From NCBI GenBank assembly GCA_029248845.1, contig JAQWIO010000084.1, forward strand, positions 1 through 36,202: a stretch of DNA of 36,202 nucleotides. Direction: 5' to 3'. A program made the position numbers and the translations under genes. The DNA is from Polaribacter sp. Its GTDB lineage: Bacteria; Bacteroidota; Bacteroidia; Flavobacteriales; Flavobacteriaceae. This document shows positions 19,171 through 28,347 of this stretch, one piece after another (position 1 is the first letter of the stretch; each line of letters opens with the position of its first letter). The notes below the pieces were generated by a model. The model made no database searches and was not told where the DNA came from. It saw nothing but the letters and a program-made list of their open reading frames with translations.

Positions 19171-19263
19171 TTTTGCTTATTTGATATTATTAATATAAAT
19201 ATAATAAATTATTATTATTTTTTAATACTTTTATTACTCTATAATTATATAATTGCTATTTAG

Positions 19264-19683
19264 ATGAAGATTCAGTATAAAATTTTGACAAAAAAAATAC
19301 CGGCTTTTAACATGCAAGAGTTATTAGTCGTTTTGGTGATTATTGGCATTTTAATTTTAATTGCCCTACCTAATTTGATGCCAATTATTTCTAAGACCAA
19401 AGCTTTAGAAGCCCAGAATCATTTGATGCACGTTTACAGTTTAGAACGTAATTATTTTTTTATGTATTCTAAGTATACAAATGAATTCAGTGCCATTGAT
19501 TTTCTACCCGAGAAAACAATACAGAATGGAGGTACTGCCAATTACGAATATCAAATTGTAGAAGCTTCTAATAACTCTTTTAAAGCAAAGGCTATTGCGG
19601 TTATAGATTTTGATGGAGATGGTGTTTTTAATGTTTGGGAGATTGACCAAAACAAGAATTTGAAGGAAGTTGTTAAGGATTAA
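19264..19683 (+). CDS. Major type IV pilin / pseudopilin (GspG/PilE-like)
   Basis: KKIPA|FNMQELLVVLVIIGILILIALP prepilin N-terminus (F+1, E+5, P+22); C-terminal DFDGDG. Confidence 0.88.
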   Translation: MKIQYKILTKKIPAFNMQELLVVLVIIGILILIALPNLMPIISKTKALEAQNHLMHVYSLERNYFFMYSKYTNEFSAIDFLPEKTIQNGGTANYEYQIVEASNNSFKAKAIAVIDFDGDGVFNVWEIDQNKNLKEVVKD

Positions 19684-19700
19684 AGGTCTATTTTAAACAA

Positions 19701-19730
19701 TAAAAAACCAGCACAAATAAATGTACTGGT
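19701..19730 (-). terminator. Intrinsic terminator after the M1 peptidase genes
   Basis: Minus strand ACCAGTACA-tttatt-TGTGCTGGT stem (one G-U pair) followed by a T tract; lies between convergent genes. Confidence 0.65.
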
Positions 19731-19787
19731 CCTATTTTATTAATAATCGACTATCTATTTCAGGACGATTCGGTTTTGTAACATAAG

Positions 19788-21989
19788 TTATCCTTTTAGC
19801 TTGTTTTTAAAATTATCAAATCTGTTAGTTTCTTTCTTTGGCCAGTTATTATTGGAAGTATCTACATCTGCAGTTTCAAAATCTGGATCTACGACAATGC
19901 TCTTAATTTCTTTTGTAGAAGCAAATATTCTTTTTACGGAAGCATCATTTTTCATCCAAATTTGCGCTGGGAAAGTATGTCTTTTCTTTGTTCCATCGGC
20001 AAAGGCTAATTCTACGATAATTGGCATTACTAAGCCTCCAGGTTTTTCAAACTCTACCGCATACATATAAGATGGAATTTCTTTAGCATCTGTATAAGTA
20101 TCCATTATTGTTGGATTCGCATCTTCTTTTTTATCAGTAATATAAATTAAATCTCCTAAGCTTTCAAAATATTGACTGTATTTTTCTTTTAACTCGGTAA
20201 CTCTTTCGCTAGGCTTATCAGTGATATACAAAGGTTTCACACTTTTGATGCCAATATCAGTTACATCTGTGGTATAAAACCAACCTCTCCAAAACCAGTC
20301 TAAATCCATACTAGAAGCATCTTCCATAGATCGGAAGAAATCAGCTGGTGTGGGGTGTTTAAACATCCATCGTCTGGCATAGGTTCTAAACGCATAGTCA
20401 AATAATTTTGGTCCCATGATGGTTTTTCTAAGGATATACAGTCCTGCTGCCGGTTTCGTGTAGGCATTAGGGCCAAATTGTTTTACATAGTCTCCCTGAG
20501 ACATGATAGGAGAGATGTTACTTTGATCTCCAGCCATATATCTGGTGATATCTTTTGCTGGATTGATAGCAAACAATTCTGGATCATATTTTAATTCTGC
20601 TAAGATTTCAACAAAAGAATTGAGTCCTTCATCCATCCAAGTCCATTGCCTTTCATCTGAATTGACAATCATAGGGAAAAAGTTATGACCTATTTCGTGT
20701 ATGATTACCCCTAACATTCCTTTTTTGGTTCTGTCTGAGTAGGTTCCGTCTGGATTTGGACGACCATAATTGAAACAAATCATTGGATACTCCATTCCTT
20801 GTCTTTCAGAATGTACAGAAATTGCTTTTGGGTAAGGGTAGTCAAAGGTTAGTTTAGAATACTCTATAAGTGTCGTTGCTACTGCTCTTGTTGAATGCTC
20901 TTCCCATAGTGGGTTCCCTTCTTTTGGGTATAATGAAACAGCCATTACTGTTTTACCATTTACATTGGTTGCCATGGCATCCCAGATATATTTTCTAGAG
21001 GATGCAAAAGCAAAATCTCTCACATTCTTGGCTTTAAATTTCCATGTTTTTGTGAGGGTAGTTCGTCCCTTTTCAGCTTTTTCAGCTTCGGCTTGTGTCA
21101 CAATAAAAACAGGTTCTTTGAATGAATTTCTTGCTTTTTCCCAACGTTTACGTTGTTCTTTGGTTAGCACGTTTTTTTCATTTTGTAACGTACCTGTTGC
21201 ATCTACGATATGATCTGCAGGAACGGTTAAATTCACCTCATAATCTCCGAATTCTAGAGCCCATTCCGAGCGTCCCCAAAACTGCATGTTTTGCCATCCT
21301 TCAACGTTGTTGTATACCGCTAATCTTGGAAAAAATTGTGCAATTGTATAATTGTTGTTTCCGTCAGGGAAAGTCTCTAGTCCTGATCTTCCTCCATCTT
21401 TATTAATGTCATTAATTTTATAATTCCATTGTATTGAAAATTTAAAAGTATCTCCCGATGCAAGTGGTTTTGGTAAATGAATACGCATCATCGTTCTATG
21501 AATAAAATGAGATAAAGGTTTGCCATCACTTTCTACCTTTTCGATGTTGAAACCAAATCCTTTACCCTGACTCATATAGGTTTCTTGAAATTTTTGAGGA
21601 CTCATAAACATATTGATACTGGTAGATTTTGATAAGGGAGTTTCAGAATCATCTGCTCTCATATTTTGGTCTAATTGAACCCATAAATACTCTAATTGAT
21701 CTTTAGAGTTGTTGTGATAGGTAATTTTTTCATGACCATAAATTTTGTTGGTGCTTTCCTCCAAACGAATGTCCATGATATAATCAACTTTTTGTTGAGT
21801 ATATTGATGCCCTGGTGCTCCTGAGGCAGTGTGCTGATCATTTGGAGTTGCCAAAACATCTTTTAGTTGTCTAAATTTGTTTTGATCGGTGTGACCTTGT
21901 TTTGTTTTACTTTCAACTTTTTTTTCTTGGGCTAGACTTGCTGTAATAGAAAAGAATAGAGAAAATAGAAATAGGAATATTTTTTTCAT
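19788..21989 (-). CDS. M1 family metalloaminopeptidase, secreted
   Basis: Signal peptide; GMEYP exopeptidase motif; HEIGH-x18-E zinc motif; NAYTKP. Confidence 0.92.
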   Translation of the reverse strand: MKKIFLFLFSLFFSITASLAQEKKVESKTKQGHTDQNKFRQLKDVLATPNDQHTASGAPGHQYTQQKVDYIMDIRLEESTNKIYGHEKITYHNNSKDQLEYLWVQLDQNMRADDSETPLSKSTSINMFMSPQKFQETYMSQGKGFGFNIEKVESDGKPLSHFIHRTMMRIHLPKPLASGDTFKFSIQWNYKINDINKDGGRSGLETFPDGNNNYTIAQFFPRLAVYNNVEGWQNMQFWGRSEWALEFGDYEVNLTVPADHIVDATGTLQNEKNVLTKEQRKRWEKARNSFKEPVFIVTQAEAEKAEKGRTTLTKTWKFKAKNVRDFAFASSRKYIWDAMATNVNGKTVMAVSLYPKEGNPLWEEHSTRAVATTLIEYSKLTFDYPYPKAISVHSERQGMEYPMICFNYGRPNPDGTYSDRTKKGMLGVIIHEIGHNFFPMIVNSDERQWTWMDEGLNSFVEILAELKYDPELFAINPAKDITRYMAGDQSNISPIMSQGDYVKQFGPNAYTKPAAGLYILRKTIMGPKLFDYAFRTYARRWMFKHPTPADFFRSMEDASSMDLDWFWRGWFYTTDVTDIGIKSVKPLYITDKPSERVTELKEKYSQYFESLGDLIYITDKKEDANPTIMDTYTDAKEIPSYMYAVEFEKPGGLVMPIIVELAFADGTKKRHTFPAQIWMKNDASVKRIFASTKEIKSIVVDPDFETADVDTSNNNWPKKETNRFDNFKNKLKG

Positions 21990-22142
21990 GAAAATGATTA
22001 ATTTAATGCTGAGTAAAATTAATTATAAGTTTATAATTGGATGTTATGAATGTAAAGTTTTAACAAACCTTTATCAAAATTATTACAAAATAAAAGCAAC
22101 TTGTTTTGAGTTCACTTTTTATTCTTAACATACATGCGAATC

Positions 22143-24278
22143 TTATCCCTTTATTTTGTTTTTAAATTTATCAAATTTGTTTTTATTCTCTTTTGGCCAA
22201 CTGTTATTAGAGGTATCTACGTCTGCTGTTTCTTGATATGGATCAATGCTGATTTTTGTAATTTCTTTACTACTAGAAAAGACTTTGGTTACTTCTTTGT
22301 CATTAAATCTCCAAATTTGTGCAGGATATACTTTTCGTTCTTTAGTTTCATCTTTATAGGTGTAATACACAATAATAGGCATTACAAGTCCCCCGGGCTT
22401 ATTATAAGTAATTTCGTAGTGAAATTTTGAATTAGGATCTTTCTCCTCACCAAAACTCAAGCCCTTTGTGGTATCTTCTATAAAAAACACCTCATTATCT
22501 TTTGTTTTTGTGTGGTACTTTTTCACATTTTTGATTCCTATATCTGTCACATCTGTGGTGTAGAACCAACCTCTCCAAAACCAGTCTAGATCTATTCCAG
22601 AAGCATCTTCCATGGTTCGGAAGAAATCTGCTGGAGTAGGATGTTTAAACATCCATCTCTGAGAATAAGTTCTAAATGCATGATCAAATAGTTCATGTCC
22701 CATGATGGTTTCTCTCAAAATCCATAAAGCAGTTGCAGGTTTTCCATAAGCATTACTACCAAAGCTATAGACGTTGTCACCTTTGGTCATGATGGGTGCA
22801 ATCATGGATTGATCTCCATTCATGTATTTTATAATATTTTTCGGATACCCTCTAGTAATAGGAAAATTTTTATCATAAGCCAATTCAGCCAACATTTCAA
22901 CATAAGAATTTAAACCTTCATCCATCCATGTCCACTGTCTTTCATCAGAATTTACGATCATTGGAAAAAAGTTATGACCCACTTCATGAATCGTTACTTT
23001 GATCATTCTGTATTTGGTTCTATCAGAATAGGTTCCGTCTGCATTTGGTCTTCCAGGGTTAAAACAAATTTGTGGATATTCCATGCCCATTTGTCCGTCT
23101 ACAGAAATTGCTTTGTGATAGGGGTATTCGAATGTATATTTTGAATATGTTTTTAAAGTTTGTGCTACTGCTCTTGTAGAATGATCTCCATATAAAGGAT
23201 TTGCCTCCTTAGAATACAATGAATATGCCATTACAGTCTTGCCATTGATGTCTACTGCCATGGCATCCCAAATAAATTTTCTAGAACTTGCAAATGCATA
23301 ATCTCTCACGTTTTTTGCTTCAAATTTCCATGTTTTAGTATCTGAGGATTTGCTTTTCTCAATTTTTGATGCTTCTTCTTGTGTGCGAATTAGAACAGGA
23401 TGATCAAAAGTTTTTTTTGCTTTGGCCAATCTTTTCAATTCTTTTTTTGATAAAACTTCATTTTCGTTGAGTAATACTCCAGTGGCACCAAGCATATGAT
23501 CGGCAGGTGTAGTAATATGAACTGTGTAATCACCAAACTCCAGAGCAAATTCACTTCTTCCCCAGAATTGATCATTTTGCCATCCCTCCACATTATCATA
23601 TACACACAATCTTGGATAAAATTGAGCAATTACATAATTGTTATTTTCATTTTCTGTAAAATGTTCGTAACCAGATCTACCTCCAATTTCTCTATGGTTA
23701 TTGATATTGTACCACCAGTTAATTTTAAATGAGAATGTCTTTCCAGCTGCCAACGGTTCCGGTAAATTAATTCTCATCATTGTTTGATTGATTGTATGCG
23801 ATAAACTACTGTTATCTATGTTGGTTACGCTTGTAATATTAAAACCTCCGTCAAAAGGTGTTTCTGGAAAACTACGGTTAAAACTTTTTACAGGCATGCG
23901 ACTAGGAATTTTAGAGGGTTGAATATCTGGTGTTTTAGAGTCTTTTGCTCTTATGTTTTGATCTAGCTGCACCCATAAATAAGCTAGTTCATCTTTAGAA
24001 TTATTGTGATAAACAATAGTTTCCTTTCCTGATATTCTTTTGTTTTCATCGTCTAAAACAATATCCATTACATAATCTACTTTTTGCTGTGTGTAATTGA
24101 TACCTGGTGCACCTGAAGCAGTTCGCTGACTATTAGGCGTTGCCAATTCATCTTTAAGTTGTTTGAATTTATTTTGATTGGTATGACCTTGAAGACCTTG
24201 TTTTATTTTTTTTTCTTGAGCAAACACAGAGGTTCCAACAAAAAAAATGCTTAGTAAAAATAAACGACTATTTTTCAT
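22143..24278 (-). CDS. M1 family metalloaminopeptidase, tandem paralog
   Basis: Signal peptide; GMEYP; HEVGH-x18-E; co-linear with the neighbouring gene. Confidence 0.92.
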   Translation of the reverse strand: MKNSRLFLLSIFFVGTSVFAQEKKIKQGLQGHTNQNKFKQLKDELATPNSQRTASGAPGINYTQQKVDYVMDIVLDDENKRISGKETIVYHNNSKDELAYLWVQLDQNIRAKDSKTPDIQPSKIPSRMPVKSFNRSFPETPFDGGFNITSVTNIDNSSLSHTINQTMMRINLPEPLAAGKTFSFKINWWYNINNHREIGGRSGYEHFTENENNNYVIAQFYPRLCVYDNVEGWQNDQFWGRSEFALEFGDYTVHITTPADHMLGATGVLLNENEVLSKKELKRLAKAKKTFDHPVLIRTQEEASKIEKSKSSDTKTWKFEAKNVRDYAFASSRKFIWDAMAVDINGKTVMAYSLYSKEANPLYGDHSTRAVAQTLKTYSKYTFEYPYHKAISVDGQMGMEYPQICFNPGRPNADGTYSDRTKYRMIKVTIHEVGHNFFPMIVNSDERQWTWMDEGLNSYVEMLAELAYDKNFPITRGYPKNIIKYMNGDQSMIAPIMTKGDNVYSFGSNAYGKPATALWILRETIMGHELFDHAFRTYSQRWMFKHPTPADFFRTMEDASGIDLDWFWRGWFYTTDVTDIGIKNVKKYHTKTKDNEVFFIEDTTKGLSFGEEKDPNSKFHYEITYNKPGGLVMPIIVYYTYKDETKERKVYPAQIWRFNDKEVTKVFSSSKEITKISIDPYQETADVDTSNNSWPKENKNKFDKFKNKIKG

Positions 24279-24337
24279 GTGATATTGGATTAAATTTAAT
24301 GCAAATTAACAATTAGAGATTTAATAAATTAAAACGA

Positions 24338-24835
24338 TTAAAATTTTAACAAACTTGATGTCTTTTTTGCAGTTAGTAAGAGACTTTGATGTTTGTTATA
24401 AATTTTTGTTTTAAGTAAATTTTTTTGGTTTGGAAAATGATTCGTCAATAGGGTGTTGATCACTTCTAGGGTATTGATATCATTTACATCTTCAATTTCT
24501 AAATAAAAATAGACTAAATCTCCGTCGTATTCTTTTCCAAGGTAATTGAACTCTCTTGGAATATCATTAATTTTTAAATGAACTTTTTCTTTTAGATAAT
24601 TTTCAAAATAAGGATCGTTATTCTTCAACTCTTTCTCAGATGTAAGTTGTAAATTGATATGATACTTTTTATTTAAAGCGGTTTCTATGTCATCCATAAA
24701 AACATTGATTATTATTTGTATGGAGCGTGTTTCATTCTTGTACTCGATCTGAGTCAGGCTCAAATAATATTTATGAGGTGAGAAGGAGAGAAGTGGGACG
24801 ATGAATAGAAGTAAAAATGCTTTTTGAATGTTCAT
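24338..24835 (-). CDS. DUF6702-family exported protein
   Basis: Signal peptide followed by HKYYLSLTQIEY; F.DD.E.AL and NTLLT..FPNQKN motifs. Confidence 0.75.
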   Translation of the reverse strand: MNIQKAFLLLFIVPLLSFSPHKYYLSLTQIEYKNETRSIQIIINVFMDDIETALNKKYHINLQLTSEKELKNNDPYFENYLKEKVHLKINDIPREFNYLGKEYDGDLVYFYLEIEDVNDINTLEVINTLLTNHFPNQKNLLKTKIYNKHQSLLLTAKKTSSLLKF

Positions 24836-24863
24836 ATTAAAATGAAATGATGATCAAGCCAAA

Positions 24864-25658
24864 TTACTCTTTTTTTATGATTTTCAAGTAGCTTATACTT
24901 TCTTTTTCAAAGATTTTTATGAGTTCTAAAAGTTTATTTTCTGTATGAAGTTTTCCGATTCCTAAAGGATTGCAATATTCTAAAAAATGAAAGTAGTTCT
25001 CTACAGGGATTTGTAATTTATCAAAAAAAATTTTCACCAAGTTCAGAGAGCACTTTGTAAGGAAAAGCTTTTTGAAGTGCTAATTTTTTTCGCAATGCCC
25101 ACAGGTGTTTAGAATATTTAAATGAGATGCTAACGCTAGCTCCTGCTCCAATAAAAGCCATGTTTGGATCTGTTTTGACAATCTGAGGCCTTACTCTTTT
25201 GTCTATATAATCATCCGACTCAACGATTTTCATATTCACTTTAGAGAAATCCATTACATTTCTTAGTATGGAGTCTTTTTTATTTGTAGGGACATCTTTG
25301 ATATCAACCCCCAATCGTCCCATTAAATAATGCCTTTTTAGATCGAATTCATCCAAAACATAGGTGTTAGATGCTAATGTTACTTTTAGGGTTCTTTGAT
25401 CAATAATTTGTTTGTTTATGAAGATTTTTTTTGTGATATGCTGTATGGAGGAGATTTGTAATGAATCTCCCTTAGAAACAACAATTCTAAAGCGTCCGTT
25501 ATCAGAAGAAAAGGTCCCTTTATTTAAATTAATAATATTTGCATTTCTTACGACTCCCAAAGAATCTATCAGATCTCCAAAAATCAAAACATTCTTTTCT
25601 TGAGAAAAGCTACAGGTAGCTATTGTATATAAACATATAAGAAATATTTTTTTAACAT
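24864..25658 (-). pseudogene. Carboxypeptidase-like regulatory domain protein, frameshifted at homopolymer runs (ORF track fragment 25021..25737)
   Basis: NANIINL..GTFSSDNGRFRI..GDSLQISSIQ motif; the ORF stops at a T8 run, but a 52-aa tail (DKLQIPVENYFHFLEYCNPLG..YLKIIKKE*) continues in another frame to 24864; the likely ATG at 25658 is out of frame across an A7 run. Confidence 0.7.
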
Positions 25659-25783
25659 CTTCACTTATAGTTTTTTTGTTGATAGCTTTATGTATTGCTA
25701 ATTCTGATAGGAAAGAAGTTTTCTTTCGTGTCATCAATTTATAAATTACAATAAGTGCTTGCTTAAAAATACAAATTATATTT

Positions 25784-26314
25784 TTATTTTTCTAATACGA
25801 TATTTATCGTTCCTTCAATAGTTACAGGTTTTCCGTTATAAGACCTTGTTTCATTATGTTCTGCAGATAGTTTTAAAGAATTCGTAGAAATTTCTTCAAT
25901 ACTAAAGACCAATGTAGGGTTATGAGCTACGGTGATTGTGTTATCAGGGTTTAATTTCCAAGCCAAACTGCTAATGGGATTTATATTGGTATCTAGAGTT
26001 TCGTTTATCACCGTTGTTGATGAATGAGAAATTGTTATTTCAGCAGTTAATGTACCTTGTATGCTTACCATTTTTGGACTATCAGCAAACGAAAAAGTCA
26101 TGTCTGTATCTTTTGGAACAATGAAATAATTTCCAGAAATGGCTTCACCTTGTTCTGATACACCCATTACAGTGCCATCTTCCATGGTCATAGAAGTAAG
26201 GTTCCAGTTACCAATTAAATCTGTTTCAGTAACGGAAGAGTCGCTTGTTCTATTAGCTTCACATGCTAGGAAAAGAGAAACAACAGTAAATAGAAATAGG
26301 ATTTTTGTTTTCAT
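25784..26314 (-). CDS. Lipocalin-like lipoprotein
   Basis: Lipobox FLAC; LIGNWNLTS (GxW) motif; all-beta pattern. Confidence 0.7.
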   Translation of the reverse strand: MKTKILFLFTVVSLFLACEANRTSDSSVTETDLIGNWNLTSMTMEDGTVMGVSEQGEAISGNYFIVPKDTDMTFSFADSPKMVSIQGTLTAEITISHSSTTVINETLDTNINPISSLAWKLNPDNTITVAHNPTLVFSIEEISTNSLKLSAEHNETRSYNGKPVTIEGTINIVLEK

Positions 26315-26432
26315 AGTTTAGGGGTTTTAGTTTTATATAAATCAATATAAAGCATTGATTTATAAATATATGTATTATTTTTATTTTATTGATAGGGTTG
26401 GATGTATTTTAACATAGTTTGTTTTTTATTGC

Positions 26433-26440
26433 TATTTTTG
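26433..26440 (+). promoter_or_regulatory. Bacteroidetes -7 promoter box upstream of pepE
   Basis: TATTTTTG matches TAnnTTTG, 6 nt before the ATG; no clear -33 box. Confidence 0.4.
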
Positions 26441-26446
26441 TAGATT

Positions 26447-27151
26447 ATGAGAAAAATGATTATTGCAAGTACCTCCACAGTTTATAAAAGTAGCTATTTG
26501 AAGTATTTAAAGCCAACACTTTCTTTTTTTTTTAAAGATATCACATCGATTCTTTTTATTCCTTATGCAAGACCCAGTGGTATTTCATACCGGAAGTATA
26601 CGACAATTGTTAAAATTTTTTTTGGAGAAATAAATGTTGCTGTAAGAGGGATTCACGAATTTAAAAACCCTACAGATGCGATTAAAAATGCTGAGGCAAT
26701 TTTTGTTGGTGGAGGTAACACTTTCGAATTAGTTAATCAATTGTATAAGAATGATCTTTTAAGTATTTTAAAAGAAGTAATTGATGCAGGGACCCCTTAT
26801 CTAGGTTCAAGTGCAGGAAGCAATATTTGTGGTGTAAATATTAAAAACACGAATGATATGCCAATTGTATATCCGCCAAGTTTTACCACTTTGGGTTGTT
26901 TTTCCTTTAATATTAATGCACATTATTTAGATCCTATTGAGGGATCTACGCATATGGGAGAAACTAGAGAAACACGTATCAAAGAATTTCATGTATTTAA
27001 TGATACTCCGGTTTTAGGTTTACGTGAAGGAAGTTGGTTGGAAGTTATAGATAGTACAATTATATTAAAAGGCAATCACACAGCTCGTTTATTTTTACAA
27101 AATCAAATTCCAATTGAATTGAAAAGTGATTCAGAACTTACTATTTTTTAA
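26447..27151 (+). CDS. pepE: Dipeptidase E (peptidase S51)
   Basis: FIPYA, IFVGGGNTF, GSSAGSN nucleophile, TNDMPI, INAHY, HMGETRETRI. Confidence 0.95.
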   Translation: MRKMIIASTSTVYKSSYLKYLKPTLSFFFKDITSILFIPYARPSGISYRKYTTIVKIFFGEINVAVRGIHEFKNPTDAIKNAEAIFVGGGNTFELVNQLYKNDLLSILKEVIDAGTPYLGSSAGSNICGVNIKNTNDMPIVYPPSFTTLGCFSFNINAHYLDPIEGSTHMGETRETRIKEFHVFNDTPVLGLREGSWLEVIDSTIILKGNHTARLFLQNQIPIELKSDSELTIF

Positions 27152-27199
27152 AACGTTTTAAAGTTCGATTTGAATCATTTATGTTCTAATTATCTTTAT

Positions 27200-28345
27200 C
27201 TAATAAACTACATATTCTACAATTTCTAATCCATACCCAATCATACCAACTCTTTTTGATTGTTGCGTATTGGTAATTAGTTTTAATTTACTGATGTTTA
27301 AATCGTGTAAAATTTGTGCTCCAATTCCAAAATCTTTATTGTCCATTTTTATTGCTGAGGCTTTCATTTCTCCTCTTAACTGCCCCTCTTTCAAACTAGA
27401 CAATCTACTTAATAAATTTTGAGATTGATTTTGTTGATTTATAAAAATAATAGCACCTTTTCCCTCATCATTTATTACCTGAAACATTTTATCTAATTTT
27501 TTATCAGCATCATTTGTTAAGGTTCCTAAAATATCATTATTTACTAGAGTTGAATTGACTCTTGTTAAAACGGATTCATTCTTATTCCATGATCCTTTCG
27601 TTAACGCAATATGAACTTGACTATTATTAGTTTGTTGATAAGCTCTTAGTCTGAATTCACCAAATCTTGTTGTTAGATTAAAGTCTTCTTTTATTTCAAT
27701 TAATGAGTCATGCTCCATTCTGTAAGCCACTAAGTCTTCAATAGAAACAATTTTAATATCAAATTTTTTCGCTACTTCTAGTAGTTGAGGTAATCGAGCC
27801 ATGGTTCCATCCTCATTCATGATTTCTACAATTACACCTGCAGGTTGTAAGCCTGCTAAACGAGCAAAATCAATGGCAGCTTCCGTATGACCAGTTCTTC
27901 TTAAAACACCTCCCTCTTTTGCTTTTAAAGGGAAAATATGACCTGGTCTTGCCAAGTCAAAGGGTTTTGTTTTTTTGTCGATTAAAGCTTTAATAGTCAA
28001 TGCTCTATCTGAAGCTGAAATACCAGTTGTAACTCCTTTTCCACGCAAATCTACAGAAACTGTAAAAGCGGTTTCCATAGGATCTGTATTGTTGTTTACC
28101 ATCATTACCAAATCTAATTCTTTGCAACGACTTTCTGTCAAGGGAGTACAAATTAATCCTTTGCCGTGAGTTGCCATGAAATTTATCATTTCCGGTGTAA
28201 CCATTTCGGAAGCTGCTAAAAAATCGCCTTCATTTTCTCTATTTTCATCATCTACAACAATAATGATTTTTCCATTTTTTATATCTTCAATAGCCTCAGA
28301 AATTGAATTTAATGATGAAGTACTTTTAATATTTTGAACTGTCAT
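27200..28345 (-). CDS. ribB: 3,4-dihydroxy-2-butanone-4-phosphate synthase fused to a degenerate GTP cyclohydrolase II domain
   Basis: DDENRENEGD, TGISASDR, RPGHIFPL, GHTEAA; the C-domain has RVNSTLVNND in place of RVHSECLTGD and no cysteines. Confidence 0.92.
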   Translation of the reverse strand: MTVQNIKSTSSLNSISEAIEDIKNGKIIIVVDDENRENEGDFLAASEMVTPEMINFMATHGKGLICTPLTESRCKELDLVMMVNNNTDPMETAFTVSVDLRGKGVTTGISASDRALTIKALIDKKTKPFDLARPGHIFPLKAKEGGVLRRTGHTEAAIDFARLAGLQPAGVIVEIMNEDGTMARLPQLLEVAKKFDIKIVSIEDLVAYRMEHDSLIEIKEDFNLTTRFGEFRLRAYQQTNNSQVHIALTKGSWNKNESVLTRVNSTLVNNDILGTLTNDADKKLDKMFQVINDEGKGAIIFINQQNQSQNLLSRLSSLKEGQLRGEMKASAIKMDNKDFGIGAQILHDLNISKLKLITNTQQSKRVGMIGYGLEIVEYVVY

Positions 28346-28347
28346 AT

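Noticed and set aside
19201-19215. Fur-box-like palindrome ATAATAA-A-TTATTAT in the divergent pilin spacer
   Set aside because: The region is almost pure A/T, so such matches are expected, and it lacks the G/C positions of the Fur consensus.
848-19683. T6SS, T9SS-cargo or classical Tc toxin interpretation
   Set aside because: No VgrG, PAAR, Hcp or TcA gene and no T9SS C-terminal domain is visible in the window; partners elsewhere in the genome cannot be excluded.
9400-19683. Competence or twitching pilus
   Set aside because: Only one extension-type ATPase; no PilT, ComEC, ComEA or PilY1 here. Disfavoured rather than excluded.
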